Below, one piece after another: positions 25,480 through 38,870 of a DNA stretch of 64,000 nt. The first letter of the stretch is position 1. Every line of letters begins with the position of its first letter. Location of the stretch: the NCBI RefSeq assembly GCF_018977255.1, contig NW_024704743.1:3846001-3910000 (forward strand). Direction: 5' to 3'. The notes beneath the pieces were generated by a model, which had not been told where the DNA came from, ran no database searches, and saw only the letters and a list, made by a program, of their open reading frames with translations. The DNA comes from Callorhinchus milii. Lineage: Eukaryota. Both the position numbers and the translations under genes were made by a program.

Positions 25480-26045
25480 TGTCGGAATAGAGCACAAAAA
25501 GCAAAGCAATAATGCTAAGTTCATCAAAGTCATTGGCAAGCTCATGGCTGAAGTATTGCGTTCAGTTTGAGACAACTCACTTCAGAAAAGAAACTGAGGC
25601 CTTGGAGGGGGTTCAGGGAAGATTTACAAGAATTATTCTGAGGATAAGGCACTTATTTCATTGGAGCAAGGAAAGTTGAGATGGTATCTGAGAGATGTGC
25701 GCAAAATTATGATGGGCTATGACAAGGTAAATAGGCAGAAGCTATTCCCACTAGTAGAGGAGTCAGTGATTGGGGGACATGCAATACAAATTTACATTTA
25801 TATAATGTCTTTTTACGTCTAGAGGATGTCCCAAGGCGCTTAACGGTCAAGGTTTGGCATAGCTATTCACAAGATAGTCACAAGAAGAGCGAAGAGAGAA
25901 TTTAGGAGTTTTTTTTTACTCAAGAGTTGTTGGGATACAGAATGCCCTTCCAAGTAAGGTGGGAAAGGCAGAGTCCATTGTGGTTTTCAAGAGGGATATA
26001 GACAGCTATATGAAGAATGGAAGCTTGAAGGGATATGGGGACTAA
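25480..26045 (+). mobile_element. CR1 ORF2 C-terminal/3' fragments with an inserted L2 tail
   Basis: YCVQF...LEGVQGRFTRII and FFTQ.VVG..N.LP-like motifs. Confidence 0.75.
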
Positions 26046-27099
26046 GATGACAGTCGTGAAATGAGTGACCAATTTTATCTTGTCGACCAGGACACCGGGA
26101 GAAACACCCATCTCCTTTCAAATGCCATGAGATTTCTAATGTCCACCTGATGTGGGGCTTAAACCGACAACCTTCTGACTCAGGAATTGTGAGTGCCACC
26201 AGCTGACTCAGGCTGACGAAACCTCACACGTTCCTCTTTCTCCAAAACCTTCAAGATGGCCATTCACTTCAGGGCATTTTTTTGGCCATTGGTGTACACA
26301 AATTGGTTATCTTGCTCGCACAAAGCACTAAGCCCTCTTACAATAATAATTATGCTTGCATTTGATACAGCACCTTATCACATCTATTTGCACCGTTTCG
26401 AACAAAGACGCAAAACATTTTTACCCCAAAATATTGGGAGCTTTCTGATGTATTCCCAGCAACCATACTCCGTTAGACGTAACCCCTAGCTCTTGCCTAA
26501 GCGTAAATGATTTTCCAGTTTCCGCCCAAATTAAATTCTGGTTAAGATGATCACTGCAATTTTATGGAGGATGTACAATAAACATGATTACGTTAATGAT
26601 TGATCAGAGGCCAATAACCAGCAATAAAGACCTAGCAATGGCTAGCTCTCGCATTCTGCTGTGTTAACACTCCGATGAGATTTAATGCTTTCGTCAAAAG
26701 CTACATTGATACGATGGCCGTGTTATTTTAGTGTGCAATTGTACGTCGCTTGTGAAACTGTGCAAAGAACTGAAGTCTATTCCAAATAAGAATGAGCATC
26801 TGCTGTGAGTTACAGTAATACTCTGTTTCAGTAGTAGAGGCAATTTGACATTTTTAATGCATGGTTTTTTTCAGGACATCAAGATCCATTCAGTGGATGT
26901 CGTTCCTCTTGTCCTGATGTGCAATGACTGTGACGGGGGTGGTGGTGGTGGTGGTTGGTATCAGGAAGGGTGGAGGGCAAGTAGGATGGGGGCAGGAAGG
27001 TGACCACAGGCTCGGTCGAAGCCGATTCGCGATGTCATGACAGAAAACCGATTCAACTCCGTGGGACATCTCCTTAATCCATAGGATTCCGTGGAAATC

Positions 27100-27550
27100 C
27101 ACAATCTCGCCACGCTCTACCATTGCTGCCTCCTTCCGTAGGAATCGACCAGCCCGGAACATGCCCCCATCACCCTGTCTGCCCCGTCATTGGCAGGCAG
27201 GGCTTTTACCCATTCTGCTCCCATTCTCTGGAATTCAATCCACGGTCTCTCCAACTCACCTCCTCATCCGGTCTTTCCACAAGCCACCTCCCTCCGGTCC
27301 CACCCACCGTTAGTGTTAAGCATCTTGAGATGTCCCCCACCCGAAGCGAACGGGCTATATATAAATATAAACTCGAATTGCTCCTTCCCCTCGTTCCAGG
27401 CACATCCCAAGATATGCCTCTTTGACCACGCTTTCGGTCATCTTTCCCTCCCCCACGTCGCCCCACCCCTCAGCTCACGTTCCCACCCGGCATTGTCAAG
27501 CACTTAGAGACATCCTCCCGATGCGAAAGGCGCTGTATAAAAGGTAAATT
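27100..27550 (+). mobile_element. Old L2 3' fragments
   Basis: IGRQGF/HSAPILWNS motifs; GAAAGGCGCTGTATAAA tail. Confidence 0.7.
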
Positions 27551-29181
27551 GTACAGGATTTTTTGCTGCATCAGCAATCAGCAGGTGAGCTGTCAACCAT
27601 TTTAATAATTCTGGCATTTTGACGCAACTCTCTTCCGAAGTCCTCAGCCTTGCCTTCCACCTCAACTTTCAAAACCCATCAAAACCCATCCACTCCTGAA
27701 TACAGGTTACAACACTGACTTCCCTTCATCCTCCTCCTCCTCCTCCTCCCCCTTTCCTGATTTTGCTTTGATTTTTGATTTACATAATATAACTCCTTAT
27801 CATGTCTTCGAGATGTCTCCAAACGCTTCACAGACTATATGGTAAAGTGAATTGACTGTATATTCTGTGGGCAAAACATTTGCATAGACTATATACCACG
27901 TAAATAGACCACTCAGCCCAACTAGTCCATGCTGGAATTTAATCTCTACATGAGTCTCCACCCTTTCCTTACTCTCTCCCATACCCTGCTATTCCCCTCT
28001 CCCTCATTAGCAGGTCTAATAAAACTGAATGTATTTAATATTAATAAAATCAATTGTATCAATTTTAATAAAATTAAATCTGTCTAATTTTATCCCACAA
28101 ATATACAGTCAATTCACGTTACAGTATATTCTGTGAAGCGCTTTGAGACGTCTCAAAGCGCTATATCAAATGCAAGGATTATTATTTATCTACACTATCT
28201 GCTTCAACCACCGCTTCAGGCAGCGGGTTCCATATTTCCACTATCCCCTGCATGAAGTAGTTTCTCCTAAATTCTCCTTTAGATGCCCTCGTCGCTATCT
28301 GATACTTCCGTCTAATTGAAAAACCTGTCGCCATCTTGCCTGCTGATTAGGTTTGAAATTCCTGGAGGCAGCATTTGAGTCCTGCTTCACAGGACACCCA
28401 CTCAGATAAATCGCAGTGCAGTTATTTTTAGCCGTACTCCAGTGCGTGCTCCGTGATCACGGCAGCAGTGGAACAGAGAAGTCTTCAGCCTCAACCGTTA
28501 TTCAGAGCCCAGAGAATCGATGGGAGGATGGTAGACTGGATCCGATGCGATCAAATGAGCCAAATGGCCGTCTTCATTCGAACCCATCTTGTGATCTTTA
28601 TGCACACCGTTTGCCCACAAAACGCGCCTTCCGCTAAATCCCAGCCAAGCCCTTTGAGACGTCCTCCTGCCGTGAAATGCGCAATATCAAATGTAAGGAT
28701 TTCTATGTCTGTTAATCGCCTTGACGTAAATTGACACAATTTACATCTACTCCAACGCTGAGTAAATGTAAATTGGATTGTATCCTTCAATTGCGTTGCT
28801 GCTCCCAACCGAAAAACTTGATAAAAACGTGACATTTTATAATCGATTCGATGACACTGTTATAAAAGTCACATTTTTCACCCCAGTATGTAACAACAGC
28901 TAGAAATGGTATAATACAACTGGAAAATTGCAAACAGGATTAAGTGTTGTACCTACCTTTTGCGGCCAAACTCTATCCTTCATTGCTCCATCCTTCGTTC
29001 TCGTTCAAGGTCTAATCTCAAGACTTAGCTGTTTGACTGCCCTTTCATAGGAACACAGGAATTTTCGGTCATCTTTCTCCTGCCCAACCTCCTTGGGTCC
29101 CACCCGCAACTCAGGTGGCAAGCCAATATTGTTAAGTGCCTTGAGACGTCCTCCCGAAGTCAAAGGTACTGTATAGGTTAT

Positions 29182-29681
29182 GTGGAGTTCTGTAGCTCAG
29201 TGGTTAGAGTACTCGCTTCATAAAGCCAGAGGACCTGGGTTCGATTCCCAGACAGGGCAAAATGTTGGGCAAGTTGCTTTACCCCACGCGCCTCTGTTTA
29301 CCGAGCAGTGAGTAGGAACCAGGTTGCGCCTAAAGACCTTCCTCTTTGTATGTGCCTATGGTCACCTTCGGACTCCACCGTCGATAAGCGCTCTGGGATG
29401 CCCGCCCGGCGTGGAGGACGCTATATAAAAGCAAGTTGTTGTTGTTGTTGTTAGTCGATTGGCAGATCGCTTTTCCGCAGGTAATAATTCCTTCAAAAAA
29501 AAGGTAATAATAATTTGGTCACTTCAATCCACGACTGTTTCGTGGGACGCTGCTGTGCGCAATTGGCTGCCGCGCTTCACCCACAAAATATATAGTCAAT
29601 TCACTTTACAGTATATTCCGTGAAGCGCTTTGAGACGTCTCGAAGACGTGATAAGGCGCTATGTCAAATGCAAGGATTATA
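29182..29681 (+). mobile_element. tRNA-Ala SINE, long form, interrupted by an L2 tail at 29327-29450
   Basis: Head and central block break at CCAGGTTG and resume at TTAGTCGATTGGC. Confidence 0.92.
29327..29450 (+). mobile_element. L2 3' tail nested in SINE
   Basis: AAGACCTTCCTCTTTG...AGCGCTCTGGGATG...GGACGCTATATAAAAGCAA(GTT)n. Confidence 0.85.
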
Positions 29682-31724
29682 AGTGTAAATTCGCATTGTG
29701 TGGTGTTGTCAATGTAGCAGTGGGTAGTTCTGCTGTTTATTAGGTTCCTTTATACACAAGCTTGTGGGTGTCCACAAGAAAGTCTACGGCAAAAAAGATG
29801 GATGGAAAACACAAGCAGGGTCAAGGAAAAAATTATAGACTTGAAAAGTGTGTCTGCGATATGGGAACGCTACTGACCTCTCTGTCAAACTGTTCCTTTC
29901 TTATCTCTACCTCGGCAATCAGGACATTGTTCAGCTGCTTTACAGGATTGGAGGCTTAAGACAGACGCATCATCGCTTCTCTGTTGCTATCTTGGTCAAG
30001 TTGCTTTACATTTAATCTATCGCCTTCTCACGTCGTCAAGACGTCTCAAAGACCTTCACAGCAATTATTGTGAAATGCGTGTTTGTAGGCAAACGCAGCA
30101 GCCAATTTGCATATAGAGTTGTCCCACATACAGCCACGAAGTAATTCATTAAGAAACTCCCTTCTCTTTTCGAATAATGCCTTGGGATCTTTAACGTCTT
30201 CTTGAATAGGGGCACAGGACCTCGATTTAAAGTCTCGTCGGAGGACAGACAAATGACAGTAATTTGCCTACTTAACAATAGTCACTACACTTTTAAGCAC
30301 TTTGAGACAATTGGGTGTGATTTGGTATTCGTATTGCCGTGGGCAATTGGCTGCTGTGTTTCGCCTACAAAATCCACAGTCAACCCACTTTACGTTATAT
30401 TCCATAAAGCGCTTTGAGAGGTCTCATCGACGTGATAAGGCGCTATATCAAATGAAAGGATTATTATCGTCATTATTATTTATTGTTGTTATATCAATTA
30501 CAAATGTCTTACCAGTTGAATGCTGTCACTTGCCAGCCTAACTAACTCAACCAGATAAGTTACCTGGCCATATAGTTTTTTGTGGTGGTGTGCGTTGTCA
30601 AGCTAGGTAGTATAAAGAAACAGGTGTTTGCATTGCTGCTTTCACCCTCATTTGGCAAACAACCCACGTCCATAAGTGCTAGATTGGTGAAGTGTGCTTC
30701 AATGTGAAAAACATTGCTTTCTGGCAAATGTAAGTCTTAACAGATGGTGGAACATCAGACTTAAAATTGCACAATATGGCACAAATTATAGCTCTACTGC
30801 AGCATCGCTAAGAACATGACTGTTAAGAGGACTTGAATGTAAGAGTAATTTCTGGGAGTACTGGGAACGCAGCTGGGATGAAATTTCTTGCGCCGCTAAT
30901 TGCAGCAACTTTGACAATGAGGATGAAAGCGGGGAAGGTAATGTGATGATTATCACAGGTATCAATTATCCACGTCACATCGTGCAATGTTCTGTACCAA
31001 GGGACGACCACAAAATGTACAGTCAATTCGCTTTACAGTATATTCTAGAGACTTCTCGAAGACGTGATAAGGCACTATATCAAATGCAAGGATTATTATT
31101 ATTAATAATCCAGTGATAATAGTCACAATGGAGCCCTACCCAACCTTTTCGCTCCTACACCCAACTTTGTTGAAATGGTTTTGCTCGAAAGGCAATTTCT
31201 GCAGCTGCCCAGACAGCCATATTGGGGGCTGGAGGACGGCCAGAGATTAGGGGACATTAATGTGTGCAAAGCGGGGGGCTCACAGCAGGTCACAAGATCA
31301 CTGAGACCACAAGGCTGGTTCGGATGAAGAAAGCCCTTCGGCCCATCTATCAGATCACACCAGTCACATACTCAGCAGGTATTCCAATCTGTGTCAATGT
31401 CCACGTAGGAGGGAGTGGGGGGATGGGGGGTGGAGGGTGAAAATCCATGTCAATCCTCCTCCTGGCCATCTGGAATAAAACTATTCATGAAATAAGAGTG
31501 AGCGAAAAATGTGATGTCTTGTACCAAGTTCTACAATTTAAAAATATCATGTTGTCACTTACCAATAAATTCTAATGCAATGAAATACTCACATCAAACC
31601 TATTAGTAAAAGTGGGAGTTGTTCCATTTGCTCCCAAAAGGCTGTGTCACTGAACCCCATGCCTTCTTCAGCACAAATAGTTTGTTCCTAGGCTCGATTT
31701 TGAATACATTTATAATAATCCTAG

Positions 31725-32025
31725 AATAATAATAATCCTTGCATTTGATACAGCGCCTTATCACGTCGTTGAGACGTCTCAAAGTGCTTCACAGGATATA
31801 TTGTAAAGTGTATTCACTGTATGTTTTGTGGGCGAAACGCGGCAGTCAATTACGCACAGCAGCGTCCCCACAAACAGTCGTGGATTGAGCGACCAGTTTT
31901 ATCGGGAGGATTGCTGGCCAGGACACCTGGAAAGGGGAACTCCCTTCTCTTTTTAAATGGTGCTGTGGGATCTTTAACATCCATCTGGGCAGGAAGACGG
32001 GACCTCAGTTCCACGTCTCATCCAG
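31725..32025 (-). mobile_element. Deu-domain SINE 3' half
   Basis: Family tail joined to the full Deu core (GGGATCTTTAACATCCATCTG). Confidence 0.8.
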
Positions 32026-32764
32026 AGAATCACGTAGGGAAGTAAGAACGAGGGGACGATTTGCAAAAGGTTTTGGGGTGGGAGGTGGGGAGCGAGCTAG
32101 AGAGGGAGGGAGGGAGGGCAGCGGGAAAAAAAATCCCTTCCATAAAAAGCTTCAGCCGTGCCAGTAAAGCAGATGAATCATCTGATAAAACTGGCGATTC
32201 TGCTTGCTGCAGTGGGAACAACGTGCACATTATGTACAGAGGAATTCTGTGGTCGTCTCACCCCGGTAGATAAATGACAATCACCTTGGTGCCGAGTCTG
32301 GCTGAAGGTCGCTGTCAGTGACTTCTCACTCCACTAACCTGAGGAGAGGTGATGTACGAGTACAAGAGCGGAGGCTGATGTGAGAAGTGGTTTGGCATCT
32401 TTTAATCAGCAATCTTAAGCGGCTAATTTACTGCTGACTCCGTCGCAGCCTCATTAAGCTTACGCAAGAAAAATGAAGCGTGAGTCGCCCGAAAGCCACG
32501 CTAATGATGTCAAGCACCTCTGAGCTGCAGGTAGAGACTGATTTACCCGAACTCTTCACGTCCTCTGTTATCAGAGGCTGTTCAGACAGGCCTGGCGCTA
32601 ATTCACCGGCAGATCAAAGGCAAAAAGAGAGATGATGCTTTTCCGACTGGAGCATTTCGCCAATTATTTTTTTCTTTGCATCAAAAATAGGGACTCGGTA
32701 AATAACTACCAGGTAACGTTGAATCACCGCAGCGGATAAGAGTTTTCTCCAACCCAACGGGATC

Positions 32765-33100
32765 TCAGTTTCCCGGGCGACGCGAAACCCTAACCCTAAC
32801 ACTAACCCAAGTTTCCTTACTCCACGTGTTTCTGTTTACCTCACAGTAAGCAGGAACCCAGGTTGTGCGTCGATTGGCGGATTGCTTTCCGGGGTAATAA
32901 TCTCTTCCAAAAACTGTTAAAATATAGTAGTTTGGTCACTCAATCCACGGCTTTTTGTGGGCCACTGCTGTGCGCAATTGGCTGCCGAGTTTCGCCCACA
33001 AATATAAAGTCAATTCACTTTGAGGTATATTCTGTGAAGGGCATTGAGACGTCTCAATAACGTGATAAGGCGCTATATCAAATGAGAGGACTATTATATT
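32765..33100 (+). mobile_element. tRNA-Ala SINE, long form, with telomere-like insertion at 32788-32808
   Basis: GCGAAACC[CTAACCCTAACACTAACC]CAAGTTTCCTTACTCCAC then normal body and tail. Confidence 0.85.
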
Positions 33101-33149
33101 ACAATTCAAATCCAGCTGCGAGATGAAGGAAAAGTGTCCAATTGGAGTG

Positions 33150-33840
33150 AAGGAGGAGGGGAGGTAAGCGAAGGCCACTGGGAACTCAGTCTAAGGTGAC
33201 ATCCCTGGCAACAGAATGTTGCAATCATGTTGACCTGCCGTTATAGTCTCGAGAGCCTGAGTTTTGAGCCAGACATGTCCACAGCACTGCCCGTCAATCC
33301 TACTAACAGACCGGCCAGCCCGGCTCATCAGCAGGACTTGGAGGAGCAGACCATATACTGGGAGCAGGGATTCTTCCCACTCGGCTCCTATCAACCATGA
33401 AAGCCAAAGCCCTAAATGGGTAGACTGTTGCTAGTCAGACAAGCGACAGGAAGCAATGAGGCCCATGTGCCAGCCTGGCTCGGTTGGTAGCACTCCCACC
33501 TCTGAGCCACAAAGCTCTGGGTTCCCGGCCCACGTCAGTACTTTGGACTCCTGTGAACTTTGATTTCCCAAGGCGAGAGGGATTCCCAAAGTTTGCTACG
33601 TCACATTTAAGGATTGTCATTATTATTAATTTAAGCTTGTCCGTCAGCGTTCACAATGGCAAACTAGGCTTTTTTAGCTGGTTAGACTCCAGCAGTACCT
33701 CAATAAACAACAGCAATAACTCGCATTTATATAGCGCCCTTCACACTGTGTAATGTCCCGGAGCTCTTAAATACGCCCCAGAAATAGGTAGTCAGGGATC
33801 CTTCCTTTCCAGACTTAGGGAAATTTCCATGTGTCCGATA
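33150..33840 (-). mobile_element. Family X copy interrupted by a SINE head (~33468-33625) and an L2 tail
   Basis: GGAGGGGAGGTAAGCG...GGCTCATCAGCAGGACTTGGAGGAGCAGACC...AGCCAAAGCCCTAA, then TTTTAGCTGGTTAGACTCCAGCAG and GGGAAATTTCCATGTG. Confidence 0.75.
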
Positions 33841-33842
33841 CA

Positions 33843-34200
33843 AGTTGCAAAATTACATTTGTATAGTGCTTTTTAGGTCAGGAAGACATCCCAAGGCACT
33901 GGATCATCATGGATTTGGACTCAAGCGGAGGGGGAGTTGGGATCAGGAGGGATGGAGGGCAGTGAGGGTAGGATGGTGGCCGAAGGCATGGTTGAATAGG
34001 AGGGTCTTGAGACTCGCCTTGAAGGAGCCAAGGGAGGGAGCGAGGCGAAGGGACTGTGGGATGGAGTTCCAAAGGATTTAGGACAGAGAGGCTGAAGGCC
34101 TGACCGCTGATGGTGGGGCGGGGCGGGCGAAGGACTTGGAGCAGGCCGAAGCCTGCTGAGCGGAGGAAGTGGATAAGTTGATATGGTAGATGGCACCCAG
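33843..34200 (-). mobile_element. L2 3' end
   Basis: LRSAGFGLLQVLRPPRPTISGQAFSLS on minus strand; tail. Confidence 0.85.
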
Positions 34201-34914
34201 AGATGGAAATCTCAGTCTGGTTTGGATACAATGGTTTTCCAACAACAACAACAAAATTACATTTATATAGTGCTTTTCCACATGTATCAAACATCTGATT
34301 GGCTGCAAAGAAAGGGCTTAGGGTTAAGCCTCTCTCCAAAGTGTTGAATATCCGTTGTCTTCTTGTTCCTGATCCAAATACCTTTCCACATTAGCCAGAC
34401 ACAATGGCTTTATTCCTCTCTCAAGCTTCTGCTCCATGTTACTTTGCTGATGTTACAGCCATCTGAGAGCTCTTGCTGTAAGAAGTAAAGTTTCTCTTCA
34501 ACCCGTGCCAGCAGAGAGAAAGAGAGCTATCAGGTCTATTACCGCCATTTCCATATTTCAGGACACCTAGGGTGAACCTGAACGGAAGAAGGAAGCCATC
34601 ACATCAATTCTGGAATTATATCTGAGTGGGATTGTCCTGGGGAGGACAAATTTGCAGGGCTGATGAGGAGAGAGCGCGGGGGAGTGGGATTGAATTGGAT
34701 AGCTCTTTCCAAAGAGCTGGCACAGACACGATGGGCGGAATGGCCTCATTCTGTCCTGTATAATACTATGATTCCAGGTTGGCATCACTTATGTCTAGTT
34801 GAAGCGCTCTGAGTCGTGGAGGGCGCTATATAAATCCAAATTGCTGTTGTTGTTGTAGTTCCTGGGAAGAGGCCCCATTTGCACAAACTGGACTTCCTTA
34901 TTAAGGAGTTCAGG

Positions 34915-35245
34915 GTCAGCCTGGCTCAGTCGATGGCACTCAAGCCCGATTTAAGACCAACGTTGGGTCTTTGACACTCTAATACAGTGTTGGGCCTACA
35001 CAGTGCTGACAGTTAACATCTTTCAGGTGAGACTTTATAACTGAGGACCCTTCTTCCTGTCCAGGTGGACGTTAAAAATCCCACCCCACTGTTTGAAAAA
35101 GAAAAGGTGTCCTAAAATTGTTCAATCAACGGGGCATTGCTGTGTGAACATTGGCTGCTGTGGCCATCTACGCAATGCAGCCGCCATGATTCACAGTTAA
35201 CCTTGCGAAGCACTTTTGCACGACCTCCTGATGTGAAAGGATGAT
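34915..35245 (+). mobile_element. Old DeuSINE-type SINE
   Basis: GTCAGCCTGGCTCAGTCG head; CAGGTGGACGTTAAAAATCCCA Deu core. Confidence 0.75.
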
Positions 35246-35546
35246 TGTCACTATGATTAATAATCCGTTGCAAAAGACCAGGAATTCCAAAATACAATAC
35301 AATACAGATTTATACAGCGACTTTCACGATGAGGGGACATCGCACTGTTGGCTGGGCACCTGGATTGGGGGTTGGGAGCCAGAGAATGTGGAAAGGAGAG
35401 AAATTGTATCTCAATTGGGAACTTTATTATTCAAGGTCGATCTAGGGCAGCCACACTAAAAGTGGCGTTAAAGTGTTTGCGCAGAAGTTTCCTTTTAATT
35501 TCCCAACACAAATGGAAGGACGAGAACAAGGGGAAGCCAAATTGGA

Positions 35547-35921
35547 AATAATAACCCTTGCATTTGACATAGCGCCTTATCACGGCTTCAAGACGTCTCG
35601 AAGCGCTTCACAGTATACACTGCAAAGTGAATTGACTGCGCATTTTGCGGGCGAAACGCGGCAGCCAATCGCGCACAGCAGCGTCCCGCAAGGATTCATG
35701 GATTGAAGTGACCAATTTATTATTAGTATTTTTTAAAGGGATTATTAACCCCCGGAAGTGTGATCCACCAATCAATTAACAACCGGGTTCCTACTTACTT
35801 TGAGGTAAACAGAGGCGGACGGAGTAAGGAAACTTGCCCAACATTTCGCCTGCCCGGGAATCAAACCCAGGTCTCGAGCTTGCGAGGCGAGCGCTCTAAC
35901 CACTGAGCTACAGGACTCCAC
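35547..35921 (-). mobile_element. tRNA-Ala SINE, long form, full length
   Basis: Complete head (anticodon arm CTCGC CTCGCAA), central block, Deu fragment and tail; a good reference for the long form. Confidence 0.95.
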
Positions 35922-36867
35922 AATCAAACAATTAACAGCAAAACAAGCCTTTTTATGATGAATGCTACATAAGATCTGCGATACTAAATACTAATTGGAT
36001 TCGACCTGTTTGCACAGCGCATGGGATGCTCTGTACATGACAAAAGAATGGCATTTTGCCAAAGCTGGTACGATGCTGGCTGTTTATCCCAGAAAACAAT
36101 TGCACTAAGATCATGTGAGAATATACTGGCCCAATGGAAATTGTTTGTTTTGTACATTAGATTTGAGCCGGCCTGTGTTAGCTGACTGAATACAATTTAC
36201 ATTTATAAAGTGCCTTTCATGTCGGGAGTAATGTCTCAAAAGTGCTTTACACAGCTGACTGGACACCCAAGCCGGGGAGAGAGAGAGAGAGAGAGAGATG
36301 GGGTTGGTGGGGTGGGGAAGCTAAACAGAATCGTTCCTCTCTGCACTAAGGGGGAAAAAAAATGTGGCGTAATCCAAGGATTTAAAATGCTGAAAGTCCT
36401 GCACGCTTCAGATGGAAGCAAATGATTTCACTGGAACCGTAAGTGCAGATGTGAAGGGCAGGACGGCAATAATAGAGAGTCTCAAGCAAGACTGGAGAGT
36501 TTGAGCTTAGCTCATATGTGAAATGGGTTTGTATCAAAGCAATTAAGGTGATTTCAATTAAGCCTCACGAAAACCAGTTGGAAGAATCAGATGCACTCAC
36601 TCAGCAAGGTCAGTAAATGGACCAAAAGTCAAAGAGTAACTTCCCCGAGACGTTTCGTAAGATGTTCTACTCCTCACGTTGTGCCTTTTATTTTTACATT
36701 TGATTTAGTGTGTTGGAAAATGTGGCAATTCCTTATTTACTCTGGGCAATTGCAAGTAGCAGGCATCGGTCTGACTCCGTTGGTAGCGCTTGTGGGTTCA
36801 AGCACCAAAATAAGGACTTTAAACTCGCAATTTAGGCTGACACTCAATTACCTTGCTGAGGGTTCGT

Positions 36868-37097
36868 TAATAATAATAATAATAATTATTATTATTATTG
36901 CATTTGATATAGCGCCTTATCACATCTTCAAAACGTCTCAAAGCGCTTCACAGAATATACTGTGAGGTGAATCGACTGTGTATTTTGTGGGCGAAACGCG
37001 GCAGCCAATTGCGCACAGCAGCGTCCCCACAAACACAGTCGTGGATTAAGTGACCAAATTATTAGTTTTTTTTGCATAGATTATTACCCCCGGAAAA
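36868..37097 (-). mobile_element. tRNA-Ala SINE 3' part
   Basis: Family tail and Deu fragment. Confidence 0.85.
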
Positions 37098-37784
37098 GGG
37101 GGTGGGGGGGATGGATCAGAGGGACACCGAGATAAAGTTTCAGTGACCAGGGCACAGAATACAGTAACAAAGCCATTTGAATACGTCAGTATTACACTAC
37201 CGTAATCTTAGAGGTTTTCAGCGTGACGAGCGTGAGATAAATTGGCCAACCTCCAAGACACTCCCTCGAGCTGCGACGAGTGAAATAGTTAAGGACATGA
37301 TTGGAGGTCATAAGGATAATTATGAGGATTGTGATCAAAAATCTCTGGGACATTGGTTCCACTCTAATGGGAGCAATGGGAATATCGTGTGTGGAAGGCA
37401 AGTGGTCAGCGCTGAATAATGTAGAATGTAACGTTACGTTAATATCCTAGATTTTTCTCACACAATTTCCTCCGAGAGTCCAGGTAGAAACGTTCTTTTC
37501 TTGGAACTTCCAAGTAGTATTATTCATTTCCCTCAGGAGATTAAATAAATGAGAGCAAGACCATGATAGTACAACTCGCCTTTTGTCCATTGGAAGAGGA
37601 AGGTTTTTATGAATCAACTGAGACCAACCACAGATGGGCCTTAACTCCCCCGAGACAATCCATTTGTATATCGTATCACCGCAAAGGAAAGGCAGTTCAG
37701 GCAATTGTGCCCACTGTTGCCAATCCACCGTGTACTTTGTGAACTATTTTTGTCTCTCTCCCCCGAATTGCTCTCATACCAATA

Positions 37785-38136
37785 CAAATCCTTGCATTTC
37801 GCCTTTTCACGTTTTCGAGACGTCTCAAAGCACTTCACAGGGTATCCTGTAAAGTGAATTGACTGTGTATTTTGTGGGCGAAATGCAGCAGCCAATTCCG
37901 CACAGCGGCGTCCCACAAACAGCCGTGGATTGAGTGACCAAATTTTTTATTTTTAAATAGATTATTACCTCCAGAAAAGTGATCCACCAATCGACCAACA
38001 ACTGGGTTCCTACTTAGTGCTAGGTAAGCAGAGGCGTGTACAGTAAGGAGACATGCCTAACATTTCTTCTTGTCTGTGAATCAAACCCAGGTCCTCTCGT
38101 TTGCGAGGCAAGTGTTCTTATACCTGACAGACTCCA
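37785..38136 (-). mobile_element. tRNA-Ala SINE, long form
   Basis: Head, central block and tail all present. Confidence 0.9.
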
Positions 38137-38539
38137 CTAATCTCATGAGGAAGGTTGAATAATCACAATTTAAATAATAATCATCCTTGGATTTCATATA
38201 GTGCCTTGTCACATCAGGTTTGGGTCTGAGCAAACCCTCTGCTCCCCGCCGCGCCACAGGTTCTTCAGAATGCTTTCACCCGCAGGTTTTTCAACATCAC
38301 CTACAATATATATAGTCACTACCCTTGACAGTGAATCCTGTGAAGCACTTTTGAGAGTTGCTCCCAACTTGAAAGGTGCAAAATTCAATGGAAATCATTA
38401 TCAATAACTTCCAACTCCATTGAATTTAGCAAGAGGCCTGAGGGATTTATTCCGGACAAGTAGAACGGCCTTTTAACTCTTAATTTTGAGTTTTCAAATT
38501 ATTTTTAAGACGGTATCTGGGGAAGTGGTGTAAGCCTAG

Positions 38540-38870
38540 CTAGCGAGAGGACCTGGGTTCGATTCCCGGGCAGGGGAAATGTTAGGCAAGTGTCCTTATT
38601 CCAAATGTTCTCTGTTTACCAGGCAGTAAGTAGGAACCCGCTTGTTAGTCAATTGACGAATCGCTTTGCTAGAGGTAATAATCCCTTCAAAACAAAATAT
38701 TAATTTAGTCACCACTATTTGCGGGGCACTGCTGTGTGCAATTTGCGACCGCTTTTCACCCACAAAATATACAGTCAATTCACTTCACAGTATATTCTGT
38801 GAAGCGCTTTGAGACGTCTCGAAGACTTGATAAGGCGTTGTATCAAATGCAGAGATTGTGATTGTTATTA
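38540..38870 (+). mobile_element. tRNA-Ala SINE, long form
   Basis: GCGAGAGGACCTGGGTTCGATTCCC...GTAAGTAGGAACCCG...tail. Confidence 0.9.

Noticed and set aside
30826..30937. Possible exon RGLECKSNFWEYWERSWDEISCAANCSNFDNEDESGE before a GTAATG donor
   Set aside because: Weak acceptor without a polypyrimidine tract, upstream in-frame stop, no recognised protein.
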